64,000 bases of DNA from Candidatus Doudnabacteria bacterium (lineage in GTDB: Bacteria; Patescibacteriota; JAQUNI01), in NCBI GenBank assembly GCA_041644975.1, contig JBAZQX010000001.1, forward strand, positions 103,274-167,273, given 5' to 3'. Positions within the stretch are counted from its first letter, which is position 1. The number at the start of each line of letters is the position of its first letter. Positions 27,668 to 38,724 of the stretch are shown here, piece by piece. The notes below the pieces were generated by a model that did no database searches, was not told the DNA's origin, and saw only the letters and a program-made list of their open reading frames with translations. A program made the translations under genes and the position numbers.

Positions 27668-27800
27668 TTGTCATTGCAAGGAGCAGATCCCTCACTTCCG
27701 CTCGGGACAGGCTCCGCAATCTCATCGAGCTGTATTATACAGATTTAGGAGATTGCTTCGTCGTCCCTCGACAAGCTCGGGACTCCTCGCAATGACGACG
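27668..27800. repeat. Structured intergenic element bounded by inverted repeats TGTCATTGCAAGGAG / CTCCTCGCAATGACG, with internal GCAATCTC...GAGATTGC and duplicated CTCGGGAC units
   Basis: Read directly from the sequence. A second copy of the family lies at 32646-32789. Confidence 0.6.
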
Positions 27801-27842
27801 CATTTCGTAATTCAAGGTAATATACAATTCACAATTGATTAA

Positions 27843-28697
27843 CTATTTAATTTTTAGGGTAGCTTTTTTCATTATCAATTTAAGGTAACTTAAAATATTA
27901 ACAAATAAAAATCTGATTTTTTGATTAGGGTAATGCTTTTTCCAAAAATATAAAAGGCTGTTTCTTAAATAAAGCCAAGGCGCGAGAGAACCTCGGGATG
28001 ATCCGTGATGATGATGAATTACTTCATCTTCCCCCCAGAAGATAATTTGAAAGCCAGCCTCCCGCGCTCTTTTGCAGAAATCAATGTCTTCTAAATACAT
28101 AAAATAATTTTCATCAAAAAGCCCAATTTTTTCCAAAACGGATCGGCGGATGAAAAGGCAGGTGCCGGAAAGCCATTTTACCCTCCGAGTCTGGTAGAAT
28201 TTTTTGCGTGTCCAAAGATTAGGCATTACTACCCTACCCCAGGGAAGGATTTTGTAGAGCAAGGTTAGGTCTAAAAATTCTGTCGCGAGGGAGGGGTAAT
28301 TTCCAAAATTAGCATTGATGCTTCCATTTTGTAGAGTCAGGCGGGGCGAAGTGATGCCCACGTCTGAATGGCGGTCTAAAAAGGTAATAATTTTGTTTAA
28401 ATTTTGATGCACAAAAGCATCGGTGTTTAAAAGCAAGAGATATTCACCTCGCGCGATCTTGATTCCTTGGTTCACAGCAGCGGCAAACCCCAAATTTTTT
28501 TCATTGATAATCAGCCTTACTTGAGGAAAATCTTTTTTAATTTCCGCGATGGAGTTATCTTCAGAATTGTTGTCTATGACAATTGCCTCGGGTGGCATTT
28601 TAAGAAAAGCCGCGAACACTTTAGATAGGCATTCTAAAGTCAGAGCGCAGGTATTATATGAAGGAATAATTACAGAAAGTTTAATCTTGTTTTGCAT
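27843..28697 (-). CDS. GT2 glycosyltransferase
   Basis: LSVIIPSYNTCALTLECL and DNNSEDNS. Confidence 0.7.
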   Translation of the reverse strand: MQNKIKLSVIIPSYNTCALTLECLSKVFAAFLKMPPEAIVIDNNSEDNSIAEIKKDFPQVRLIINEKNLGFAAAVNQGIKIARGEYLLLLNTDAFVHQNLNKIITFLDRHSDVGITSPRLTLQNGSINANFGNYPSLATEFLDLTLLYKILPWGRVVMPNLWTRKKFYQTRRVKWLSGTCLFIRRSVLEKIGLFDENYFMYLEDIDFCKRAREAGFQIIFWGEDEVIHHHHGSSRGSLAPWLYLRNSLLYFWKKHYPNQKIRFLFVNILSYLKLIMKKATLKIK

Positions 28698-30054
28698 TGT
28701 TTTGGTTAATTAGCTGATTGTAAATTGCGAGTAACCCTATAATATACCAAAATATCATTCCGTAATACAGTCCAATTAAGGTAGCTTCCACCATTGAATT
28801 TAGCAGCACGATAATGAGCGTGGAGACAAATCCCAGATAAAGCATTTTTTCCTCTGGTTTCAAAAAAATTCTTTGAGCCTTTCCAATTTCTAAATAAATG
28901 GCGCGAGTAACCAGCATAAAAGCGGCAAAACCGACTATTCCGAGTTCAAGAAGCACTTGCAGAAAAAAGTTATTACTTTCCGTTTCCACTGACCAAGGCA
29001 AAAGATTTTTGTATTCCAATTTTAAATTGCCCGTGCCTACACCCAAGATGGGATTATGAACAAAGATTTGGTAAGCAGAACGGAACTCCACTATCCGAAA
29101 ACGAGTATTGGGATCCGTTAAAATTCGCGTTAGACGATCCAAAAATTTATCAGAATAAGCGGCAAGCGGGACAGCGATTATGGCAAGAAGGGCGCAGATT
29201 AAAAGGATAGCAAAGAGTTTTTTAATTTTTTGTTTTCTAAAAATATAAACAAAACCGCCCATCAAGGAAAAAATCTCGCCTTTACCAAGGGTCAGGAAAG
29301 TAGCCATTCCCCCCAGAATCGTTTCGGCAAAGAGGAGAATTTTCAACCATTTATTGCGGGTAGTTAATAATAAAACATAGGTGAATGGCAGAGTCATAAT
29401 AATAATGGCCGCAATGTAAACCCATTTTCCTACAGGCGTAATTATCTCTTCACGGGCTAGGGCATAGTCCCCTTGGAAACCACCCAGAGAGAGGACTTTA
29501 AAAATTAGCTGGGCAGCGACTAAAAATCCGGTTACAGGGATAGAAAAAAGAGCGATTTTAAAATCCCTTTTGTTTTTGATGAGATTCACGGCTAAAAGCA
29601 ACGTTAAAGCGTGAAAACCAAGATTGCGCAGGGCAATGACGGCGCGGGAAAGATTATCCGCCCAACCCAAAGATAGGGCAGATAGAAAGATATATAAAAG
29701 AAAGCACCCCAGAAGTAAAGGAAATCTTATTTGCTTAAACTGTTTTTGGGCAATGAGCTTCAAGATAAAAAATAAAGTTAAAATAATGACCAAAATTTCA
29801 GCGAGGCTTACTTGGTAATACCAATCCTGGATGCGGATGGTGGCTATTTGACCGAAGACAATAGCAGGCGGGATCAGAATAAGGACAAAAACAGGGTTTT
29901 TAAAGTAGAGGAAGATGAGGATAGCGAGACCAAAAATTATGCCAAAAATTAAGAGCAAATGCCCCCATTCCTCATTTGTCCAATTAGAAAGCAAGGGTAT
30001 GAGGATACCGAATAATAAAATAAGTGCGGAAATGAGAAGAATTTTTTTGACCAT
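28681..30054 (-). CDS. O-antigen ligase/Wzy-like polysaccharide polymerase family membrane protein
   Basis: 457 aa, about 10-12 TM helices with a large loop, sitting in a glycan locus. Confidence 0.55.
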   Translation of the reverse strand: MVKKILLISALILLFGILIPLLSNWTNEEWGHLLLIFGIIFGLAILIFLYFKNPVFVLILIPPAIVFGQIATIRIQDWYYQVSLAEILVIILTLFFILKLIAQKQFKQIRFPLLLGCFLLYIFLSALSLGWADNLSRAVIALRNLGFHALTLLLAVNLIKNKRDFKIALFSIPVTGFLVAAQLIFKVLSLGGFQGDYALAREEIITPVGKWVYIAAIIIMTLPFTYVLLLTTRNKWLKILLFAETILGGMATFLTLGKGEIFSLMGGFVYIFRKQKIKKLFAILLICALLAIIAVPLAAYSDKFLDRLTRILTDPNTRFRIVEFRSAYQIFVHNPILGVGTGNLKLEYKNLLPWSVETESNNFFLQVLLELGIVGFAAFMLVTRAIYLEIGKAQRIFLKPEEKMLYLGFVSTLIIVLLNSMVEATLIGLYYGMIFWYIIGLLAIYNQLINQNNAKQD

Positions 30055-30103
30055 AGTTTTAAGCTTTACTATACATCAAAAATCAATTTTTGTCAAATAA
30101 AAT

Positions 30104-30158
30104 GGTAAAAAAATAGGGCGAGAGTAGAAAAAGAAAATTTATCTTTCCCTTCTCGCCC
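30104..30158 (-). terminator. Rho-independent terminator after the lipoprotein gene
   Basis: gggcgaga...tctcgccc stem followed by a U-run on the minus strand. Confidence 0.45.
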
Positions 30159-30168
30159 GAAAGATGTG

Positions 30169-31005
30169 CTATCCGATATTGACCGAAATTTTTCGGTTAT
30201 CGGCTCCAGTGTTCGTCACAACACCGTTCGTAAGACTAAACTCAAAGTACCATTTCCCGTCAGCTTGTACCAAGTGCCATAGCTCCACACCGTTGGCATA
30301 TACCGTGTAGGTATATGCCTCCCGAAGCTGGGAATATACGATAATTCTTAATCTCCCATTTTCCGGATACATAATGTTGAGGTTCCATTCCTTAACAGCA
30401 CTGTCTCTGGTGCTCTGGTTAAGGTCCATACTCAACTGATCAAGACCTGCTTTATCTGATGATAATTCAACTCTCGCCGTGTTTTTCTCTTGTGCCCTTA
30501 AAGCAAATTTGAGCTCTTTTATGTTTGTTGGTGAATCTATGGGGACTTTTTGGACATGACCGTCTGGGGTAAATCTCAATAGAAATGCACCATTCTTGTC
30601 TACCTGGTTGAATTCAGTATATCCGCTGTCTGCGGATCCTTTGACTTTGATATTATAGATCGTACTGCCATTTCGGTAGTAAATCCTCATCCAACCCGTG
30701 ATTACAGTGTATACGTTGGTAGAAAGCCTTCCACCAGTAATCTCAAGGGTTTTAGTGCCCTCGGGATAGTTGGCACCTTCAAAAAGATTACTGTCTATAG
30801 AGATACTACTCGCAGCCGCTGGTGCCAGTTTGACGTCGGAATATTTCATATAATCTGGCACCACCAGTTCCATTGTAACTGGTGGAGCGGATTGTACCTC
30901 TTTAATATCCGAAATATCTATCCCTTCAAACGGGTTACGCACCTGATCGCAACCGCTCATTAACAATACTATCAGGACCATCAGGCAGGTCAGTGTAATT
31001 CTCAT
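30169..31005 (-). CDS. Secreted lipoprotein, unknown function
   Basis: Signal peptide MRITLTCLMVLIVLLMSGC; beta-rich composition. Confidence 0.5.
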   Translation of the reverse strand: MRITLTCLMVLIVLLMSGCDQVRNPFEGIDISDIKEVQSAPPVTMELVVPDYMKYSDVKLAPAAASSISIDSNLFEGANYPEGTKTLEITGGRLSTNVYTVITGWMRIYYRNGSTIYNIKVKGSADSGYTEFNQVDKNGAFLLRFTPDGHVQKVPIDSPTNIKELKFALRAQEKNTARVELSSDKAGLDQLSMDLNQSTRDSAVKEWNLNIMYPENGRLRIIVYSQLREAYTYTVYANGVELWHLVQADGKWYFEFSLTNGVVTNTGADNRKISVNIG

Positions 31006-31074
31006 TAGATATTCCTCCTTGCAGAAATTTATGGTTCAGGTCAAGAGACCTGAACCAACATGATCTTTACATAA

Positions 31075-31767
31075 TTACCATGGTGAAACTGAGCCGTCCG
31101 ACCCTACATTAATACGGATTGCGCTTTTGTAGGATTGGTTTGACATCCAGCTTTTATCTTTTTCAACAGCAGCCCAGTTCACATCGGGATCGCCCTCTTG
31201 AATACTTTCGCCTGATCTTTTAATCACCATATTGACTTGGTGGTTGCCGGATTTGGCAGGAAGAGATGCTTCATAGTAGCCATCTGTGGTTAATCTTGCC
31301 TCATACCCAATCTGCCAACGTGTTTCATCGCCAACAAGATATACTTTTTCTCCTGCTGATGGTTTTCTGTAGAATAGCGATTCAGTAATACCAACGATTA
31401 CTTTATCGCCCTCCCCTCTTACATAAATGTCACCAGTAGGCTCATTCGTATACTGCACTGTCGTCGTTGCCGCTGACATTGCTGTTGCTGAAGCTGCTGC
31501 GGCTGCGGAAGCAGATGCAGATGCTGCGCTTGCTGCTGTTGCCGCTGTGGAGACTACAGGACCCTGTGTGTATATTCCTGGAACGCAATGCCAATTTATT
31601 GGTTCGCGTTTTTCCATTTCCAACATCAACGTGCGAGCAGCCATTGCTTTGGTAGCGAGTATCTCATTATTGTTGCATCCCGGGGATGGATATACAGCGC
31701 AACCCATCAGAGCCATCATTAGACCTAAAAACATAGACATTAACAGAACAAACAAAAACTTTTTCAT
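31075..31767 (-). CDS. Secreted lipoprotein with Ala/Ser/Thr-rich low-complexity linker
   Basis: Signal peptide plus LMGC lipobox; AATAASAASASASAAAAASATAMSAATTT tract. Confidence 0.5.
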   Translation of the reverse strand: MKKFLFVLLMSMFLGLMMALMGCAVYPSPGCNNNEILATKAMAARTLMLEMEKREPINWHCVPGIYTQGPVVSTAATAASAASASASAAAAASATAMSAATTTVQYTNEPTGDIYVRGEGDKVIVGITESLFYRKPSAGEKVYLVGDETRWQIGYEARLTTDGYYEASLPAKSGNHQVNMVIKRSGESIQEGDPDVNWAAVEKDKSWMSNQSYKSAIRINVGSDGSVSPW

Positions 31768-32597
31768 TTAAGAAACCTCCTCTTTGCATTCTGAGCATTC
31801 TGATCTTGCGAAAAACCGATCGCGACCAAGATCCGATCTTGGTCAAATTTTGGATTTATCTTACCCATTCGTCGGTCTTTCTCTTTTACTAACATTCTCT
31901 CCCAAGAAATTTCCAGCCAGAAAGGGAGAAGATTAATTCTGGCATATACACCACCGTCTGGGTGAAGCTCGCTTTCCCAGATTTCGCTTTGGTAATAGGC
32001 CCAGGTTGTTTGAAGACCTATTTCCAGAGTTTGTTGAAAATTCACGCCTAGACGTAAACGTAATTCGCTGTCGGTGCCGGGATAACGGATACCGCCGAGC
32101 TTACCGAGGTCAAAAGTGGTATAGGCGGCATCAAGACTAAATAAACGGTGCCATGCTCGCATCTGGGCGAGAAATAAATTCGTGTCAAATTCACCGTTCC
32201 ATTTCAGTTTTAATTCATCGCGCGTCCTGACATTGAACCAAACACTACCTAATCCCCAATTCAGATTAACCTCTGGCACTATAAAAGCGCCCAAGATTAT
32301 TTCTTGATCCTTTTCTAATCTTGAGAATTGAGGATTCCATTTTTGATAACCTTGGATGTGGACCATTGGTCCTGCATCCAGCGTCATACTCCAAGGCAGG
32401 TTAAACGGTTTCTGCATTACTACATACATAACCGTGTTTTCCTCATTGGAGAAATTACGACTATGGATGATATCAAAATATACCGGTTCATCTATTTTCA
32501 TATGTGCTTCGGTATATAGATATTTCGTCGTGTCTGCATCTGTAAAAACCGTGCCCATCGCCATCAACACACAGACCATTAACACTAATCTTTTCAT
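31764..32597 (-). CDS. Secreted protein of unknown function (signal peptide; alternating beta-strand-like pattern)
   Basis: MKRLVLMVCVLMAMGTVFTDA signal peptide. It overlaps the next gene by 4 nt (translational coupling). Confidence 0.5.
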   Translation of the reverse strand: MKRLVLMVCVLMAMGTVFTDADTTKYLYTEAHMKIDEPVYFDIIHSRNFSNEENTVMYVVMQKPFNLPWSMTLDAGPMVHIQGYQKWNPQFSRLEKDQEIILGAFIVPEVNLNWGLGSVWFNVRTRDELKLKWNGEFDTNLFLAQMRAWHRLFSLDAAYTTFDLGKLGGIRYPGTDSELRLRLGVNFQQTLEIGLQTTWAYYQSEIWESELHPDGGVYARINLLPFWLEISWERMLVKEKDRRMGKINPKFDQDRILVAIGFSQDQNAQNAKRRFLK

Positions 32598-32645
32598 CAG
32601 CTCACCTCCTCATCTTGTAGAATCTTTAGTTCAAATTAAGACACT

Positions 32646-32789
32646 CCGTCATTGCGAGGGAGGCACAAAGTGCCGACCAAAGCAATCTCGTTTTTATATT
32701 ACAATGAGATTGCCTGCCCGCCATCGCTTGCGCTTCAGGCGCTAGCGGGCGGGCTTCGTCGGGCTTGAAAGCCCTCCTCGCAATGACGG
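32646..32789. repeat. Second copy of the CCGTCATTGCGAGG-bounded structured element
   Basis: ccgtcattgcgagggagg ... ccctcctcgcaatgacgg terminal inverted repeats; internal gcaatctcg...gagattgc hairpin and a gggcttgaaagccc hairpin. Confidence 0.6.
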
Positions 32790-32875
32790 AAACATCTACT
32801 TTGCGGATAATATAGTTCCGCAGAATATGAGTTCAATCATTTTTCAAAGAACAGTCTAAAATTATAACTAAAAAA

Positions 32876-33637
32876 TCATTTTTCAACAATCTTTAAGCCG
32901 CCAATGTAATGGTCCGACTTTTTTTCTTCTATCGTGTCGCCATCTTGCACAACCTCCATAACCTCTGTTTTTTCATTTTCCTCTTTTTGCGGTTCTGGGG
33001 GCATAATAGGCGTTGGTTTTTGCGGCAGACTTTGGGTTTTCCAAAGAATTATTATCGCGCTAATCGCAAGACCTACGAATAAGCTTAAGATGATGTTCAG
33101 TAAAATATTCGGTTTCACAGGCCGCTCCGAGACGAGTGGTGTGTCTAAAACCACGATTCCGACTTCATCTCCTAAATTATAATAAACTTTGCCTTTTTTA
33201 GAAAAATTATAAATAATAGCGTTCATAATATTCTTCGCTTGCGAGGCTTCGGGATGGTAGACATTGATTTCAATAATGCTTGTGTCCGTGGAAACACGGG
33301 AGCTAACCATTTTAGCCCATTTTTCTCGGAGATCTTTTTCTTTCTTCGGGAAATAGATTAGATCAATCGGAAACCCAGAATTCAAGACATCCTTCATAAA
33401 AGAACTGCTTTTTATAATTTTCGCAAACAGCATAGCCAACCTCTCGGCAGACTGGCTTGCTTTATACATATCTAGATCGGCATTTGTCTTTTGGGTAATC
33501 AAAATCCGGCCGCTTGCCCTGTAAAGCGGTTTTTGAAAGGAGCTTACGATTAAACTTACCACAATCGTGGCAAGAGTAATAATCGTAATGATGCGCCAGC
33601 TTTGGCGGATCCGTTGTAAATATTGTTGATAATTCAT
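32876..33637 (-). CDS. Wzz/CpsC-like polysaccharide chain-length determinant (no kinase domain)
   Basis: N-terminal and C-terminal TM helices flank a periplasmic-type domain; its position next to the glycan locus is the main support. Confidence 0.55.
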   Translation of the reverse strand: MNYQQYLQRIRQSWRIITIITLATIVVSLIVSSFQKPLYRASGRILITQKTNADLDMYKASQSAERLAMLFAKIIKSSSFMKDVLNSGFPIDLIYFPKKEKDLREKWAKMVSSRVSTDTSIIEINVYHPEASQAKNIMNAIIYNFSKKGKVYYNLGDEVGIVVLDTPLVSERPVKPNILLNIILSLFVGLAISAIIILWKTQSLPQKPTPIMPPEPQKEENEKTEVMEVVQDGDTIEEKKSDHYIGGLKIVEK

Positions 33638-33726
33638 AATATTTATGAAATTACACTGTACACTAAATTAAAAAATCTGTCAAGCTTTTTTCTACTTGAC
33701 AGATTCTTGAGTAAGATAAGCTTTAA

Positions 33727-35001
<1,275 letters not shown>

Positions 35002-35073
35002 AATAATTCAAAGTTAAAAGTTTAGAAAGGAAGAAGTCATAAGGTTTGAACTTTAAGATTTAGTTTTTGACTT

Positions 35074-35883
35074 TTATCTTGGGACCCATTGATTAGACAA
35101 TAAAACGCTTGAGATTGTAATGATCCCCAGAAGAAAATATATTTTGATTAAACGTCGGGTGAGCATTTGGCGGGAATAGTATTCCAAAATACCAAGGATG
35201 ATGTAGATACTTACTATTACAATGATAGCATTGGCGATGTAATTTGTGGGCCAGAAGGTAAGAGACCAGAATATTTGGCTCGCAGTTAAACTCGTGATCA
35301 AGGTATAGAGAGCGGCTAGGGAGGGCGTGAAAATCTCACTCAAAAATTGATAAGTCAGAGAGAAGACAATAAGAACAACGATTAAAAGAGCCTGCCAAAG
35401 AGGAAAAGACAAAAGATAAATTAAGGCAAAGAGGTTTGCCATTAGAAAAAAGGTAGTGAGTAGGACCAGAGCTTCATTTGTTGTGCACACAATCATTTTC
35501 CGTTTATTTTCTTCGGATTTTAAAATCACTTCTTTGTGGGAGTAAAAACGATATTTACTTAAGGTTGCGATGTTATTAAGAACAATTCCTAAAATAATAC
35601 TCGCGCCGATAATGAAAAAATGTTGCACATAGCTTTTTTGGGCGAGGATAAAAAGAGCGAGAATGCTTAAAGTATAGAAAAGCGGCAAGATTAGATAGAC
35701 GAGTTGTTTTAATTTTTTTTGACTCAAAAATCCACCCAGATAAAGAGAAGCGAAAAGCACGCATCCTATGATAACGCCAAAAATTTTCCAAAAAATTTCA
35801 GGATATTGAACGACGAATTCAAGACCAATCAGCATAGTGAGAGGAGGCAGGATGGTGGCGATTTTAGAAAGCCAGGAAGGCAT
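35074..35883 (-). CDS. Hypothetical polytopic membrane protein
   Basis: Hydrophobicity only. Confidence 0.35.
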   Translation of the reverse strand: MPSWLSKIATILPPLTMLIGLEFVVQYPEIFWKIFGVIIGCVLFASLYLGGFLSQKKLKQLVYLILPLFYTLSILALFILAQKSYVQHFFIIGASIILGIVLNNIATLSKYRFYSHKEVILKSEENKRKMIVCTTNEALVLLTTFFLMANLFALIYLLSFPLWQALLIVVLIVFSLTYQFLSEIFTPSLAALYTLITSLTASQIFWSLTFWPTNYIANAIIVIVSIYIILGILEYYSRQMLTRRLIKIYFLLGIITISSVLLSNQWVPR

Positions 35884-35890
35884 AGAAATT

Positions 35891-36030
35891 TCTAATTGAC
35901 CTAATGTCTAATTAGTCTAATTAACCGTTTCGCGCTTTGGAGGTCCATCTAAGGCGGACAATTACTCGTGTCAAACTTTCGCCTGCCTGCCGGCAGGCTT
36001 GGCCTCCAAATTTCGCACGACCTTTAGAAA
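35891..36030. repeat. Intergenic repeat/structured region: tandem CTAATT units with an AATTGACCTAAT core, followed by GC-rich palindromes (gcctgccggcaggc; ctaaggcggac)
   Basis: It shares AATTGACCTAAT...ATGTCTAA with 47900-48051 and CTAAGGCGGAC with 41060. Confidence 0.5.
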
Positions 36031-38355
36031 TTATTTAACGTTTCTGGTTAGATATTTAACAATCTCATTTCCTTCTTCTGATAATAACTTTATCTTTGAT
36101 TTTTTTTGAATTCGGATTTGGGTAACCTTTTCCTGTATCAATTTAAATTCGTTTTGCGCTTTGCGGTCCAGATGCTCTGCCGGAAAGCTTGGCCATGGGG
36201 TTATGATTAGATCGCCCTTTTCCTCTAACTCATGATACAATTCTTCCGTGATAAATGGCATAAAGGGATGCAATAGTTTTAAGGTTTCGCGGAGAATCTG
36301 GCGCAGGATAAAGCCAACTTCTTTCTGTTCTTCCTTGTTTTCGCTGTAGATTCTTTCTTTGGCAATTTCAAGATACCAATCGCATAATTCATTCCAGAAA
36401 AATTTATACAGGCGTTTTGCGGCATAGGCAATTTTGTAGCTTTGCAAATATTGAGTCACTTTTTTAATCGTATAATGCAGGCGGTAGGAAATCCAGCGGT
36501 CAGCAAGGTTGTCAGCGCTACGCGCGATCTTGAGAGTGGCAGACCCCTTGTAGTTTTTAATTGGTTGCGTGTTTTCAATGACGAGTTTTGTGGCATTATA
36601 AATTTTTGTGACAAAATTGCGGGAAGCGCGGATTTTGTCTTCCATCGCCTGCCGGCTCATCCTGATATCGCGGCCAGGATAGGCAGTTTCCGCCAGGGCA
36701 AAACGCAGAGCGTCCGCGGAATATTTTTCAATCATCTCTATCGGATCAACGCCATTACCCAGGGACTTACTCATCTTTTGTCCTTTATCATCGCGGAGCG
36801 TGCCATGGATAAAAACAGTTCTGAATGGAACATCGCCCATAAACTTTAGCCCTAAAATAATCATTCGGCAAATCCATAGGTATACAATTCCTGGCGCGGT
36901 AACCATTACATCTGAAGGGTAATATTTTTTAAGATCGGCTGTTTCTTTGGGCCAGCCCAGGGTGGAAAATGGCCAAAGACCGGAAGAAAACCAAGTGTCC
37001 AAAACGTCAGTTTCTTGGGTAATTTTTTTACTTTTGCAAAGGGGGCATGATTTTGGTTTTTTGGCCGAAACAATGGGCTTATCTGAACAGTCGCAGTAAT
37101 AAACCGGCATCGGGTGACCCCAGACGATTTGCCGTGAAATGCACCAATCGTGGATTTGAGAAAGCCAATCAAGAGCTTGTTTTTTGTAGCGCTCTGGAAG
37201 GAATTGCATTTCCCCCTTTTTGATTGCTTTAATAGCTGGCGCGGCTAATGGTTTCATTTTAACAAACCATTGCACAGAGATCTGCGGTTCCACTACGCTT
37301 TTACAACGTTCACAAACCGCGACGTTATGTTTGATATTTTCGATTTGTTTCAAATACCCATCCTCTCTCAAATCTTGAATGATAATCTCGCGAGCTTTGC
37401 TTATTGGCAGTCCTTGATATTTCGCGGGAACATTTGTCATTTTACCATTGCGATCAATTACGATAGGCATCGGGAGTTTATGCCGTTCGCCTATTTGATA
37501 ATCATTGATATCGTGCGCCGGAGTAACTTTCACCGCGCCTGTGCCAAAGTTAGGATCCACTGTTTCATCAGTAATAATGGGAATTTCGCGTTTGACTAAA
37601 GGTAAAATAACCTTTTTCCCTATTAATTTTTGATATCTTTTATCTTTTGGATGCACAGCGACAGCAGTATCCCCTAGTATTGTTTCCGGTCTGGTGGTAG
37701 CTACAACTATCCTTGATCCTTGATCCTTGATCCTTGATTCTAAAAGAGGATATTCAATATAATATAGTTTTCCTTCGCGTTCTTTATATTCTAATTCTAA
37801 ATCCGTAATCGCGGTTTCGCACCGCGGGCACCAGTGAACAATATATGGACCTTTGTAAATCAGCCCTTCATTATATAAACGAATAAATTCTTCTTCTACT
37901 GCTTTTTTGGGTTCTGGATCAAGGGTAAAACGTTTTTTTGTCCAGTCCGCGGATTCTCCAAGCCTTTGCGATTGTTCCAAAATTTTTTTTTCGTAAATCC
38001 GCGCCCATTTCCAAATATATTCCAAAAATTTTTCCCGGCTTAAATCGTTGCGGGTTTCCCCCTCTTCTTTCAGAAGTTTTTTCTCTATTGTTCCTTGCAT
38101 TTGGATTCCGGCGTGATCAATACCGGGAAGCCAGAGGGTATTAAATCCTTGCATTCTTTTCAGCCGGATTAAAACATCAGTGATGGTATGTTGCAGGGCA
38201 TGGCCTAAATGCATCTCGCCGGTCAAATTGAGCGGCGGCATAATCATCACAAAAGATTTCCTTTCGGACTGATTGTCAGCCTTAAAATAGCCTTTTTCTA
38301 GCCAATATTGGTACCATTTTTTTTCAATTGTTTTAGCGTTGTATTTTTTGTCCAT
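36031..38355 (-). CDS. valS: Valine--tRNA ligase
   Basis: N-terminus aligns with E. coli ValS (WYQYWLEKGYF, PPLNLTGEMHLGHAL); KMSKSLGN. A short form (~775 aa) that lacks a C-terminal coiled coil. Confidence 0.9.
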   Translation of the reverse strand: MDKKYNAKTIEKKWYQYWLEKGYFKADNQSERKSFVMIMPPLNLTGEMHLGHALQHTITDVLIRLKRMQGFNTLWLPGIDHAGIQMQGTIEKKLLKEEGETRNDLSREKFLEYIWKWARIYEKKILEQSQRLGESADWTKKRFTLDPEPKKAVEEEFIRLYNEGLIYKGPYIVHWCPRCETAITDLELEYKEREGKLYYIEYPLLESRIKDQGSRIVVATTRPETILGDTAVAVHPKDKRYQKLIGKKVILPLVKREIPIITDETVDPNFGTGAVKVTPAHDINDYQIGERHKLPMPIVIDRNGKMTNVPAKYQGLPISKAREIIIQDLREDGYLKQIENIKHNVAVCERCKSVVEPQISVQWFVKMKPLAAPAIKAIKKGEMQFLPERYKKQALDWLSQIHDWCISRQIVWGHPMPVYYCDCSDKPIVSAKKPKSCPLCKSKKITQETDVLDTWFSSGLWPFSTLGWPKETADLKKYYPSDVMVTAPGIVYLWICRMIILGLKFMGDVPFRTVFIHGTLRDDKGQKMSKSLGNGVDPIEMIEKYSADALRFALAETAYPGRDIRMSRQAMEDKIRASRNFVTKIYNATKLVIENTQPIKNYKGSATLKIARSADNLADRWISYRLHYTIKKVTQYLQSYKIAYAAKRLYKFFWNELCDWYLEIAKERIYSENKEEQKEVGFILRQILRETLKLLHPFMPFITEELYHELEEKGDLIITPWPSFPAEHLDRKAQNEFKLIQEKVTQIRIQKKSKIKLLSEEGNEIVKYLTRNVK

Positions 38356-38427
38356 AAGCAAAAAATTGCTTTTTGAGCACATTTATTGTATCTTAAAATC
38401 GCTGGATTGACAAGGAGGTGAAGTAAG

Positions 38428-38655
38428 ATGTGGCCGCCACTTTGGAAAAGATATAGAGGGATGTTTGTTATCGTCTTACGGGACGAGAGAAATGTTGTTT
38501 TAGCTAAAGAATGTGTTACTTTTTTGAAAAGGAGGTCTCTTAAGAGCTATATCAAGGAGGCCTTACGAAAATCAGGAATGGTCAAAACCAAGTGGCAGCT
38601 CCTTAAATTTTATGGGGCAGATGTAATTGTAAGGGTCATTAAAAACCAGGGGTAG
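38428..38655 (+). CDS. Small hypothetical protein
   Basis: AGGAGG-like RBS 9 nt upstream of the ATG. No recognisable family. Confidence 0.3.
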   Translation: MWPPLWKRYRGMFVIVLRDERNVVLAKECVTFLKRRSLKSYIKEALRKSGMVKTKWQLLKFYGADVIVRVIKNQG

Positions 38656-38724
38656 TTTTAAAAGCTGCCTCTTTTTATTTTTTATGGTAAAATCAGAAGA
38701 TCCAAGGAATAATGCAATAAAATA

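Noticed and set aside
27654-27842. 62-aa plus-strand ORF
   Set aside because: Runs through the GC-rich structured repeat element; Arg-rich translation typical of repeat DNA, not a gene.
31427-31771. 114-aa plus-strand ORF in the Ala-rich region
   Set aside because: Reverse-complement artefact of the GCN-rich Ala/Ser tract of the minus-strand lipoprotein gene.
36442-37599. Plus-strand ORFs of 135 and 109 aa
   Set aside because: Antisense to valS, whose product aligns along its full length with ValRS.
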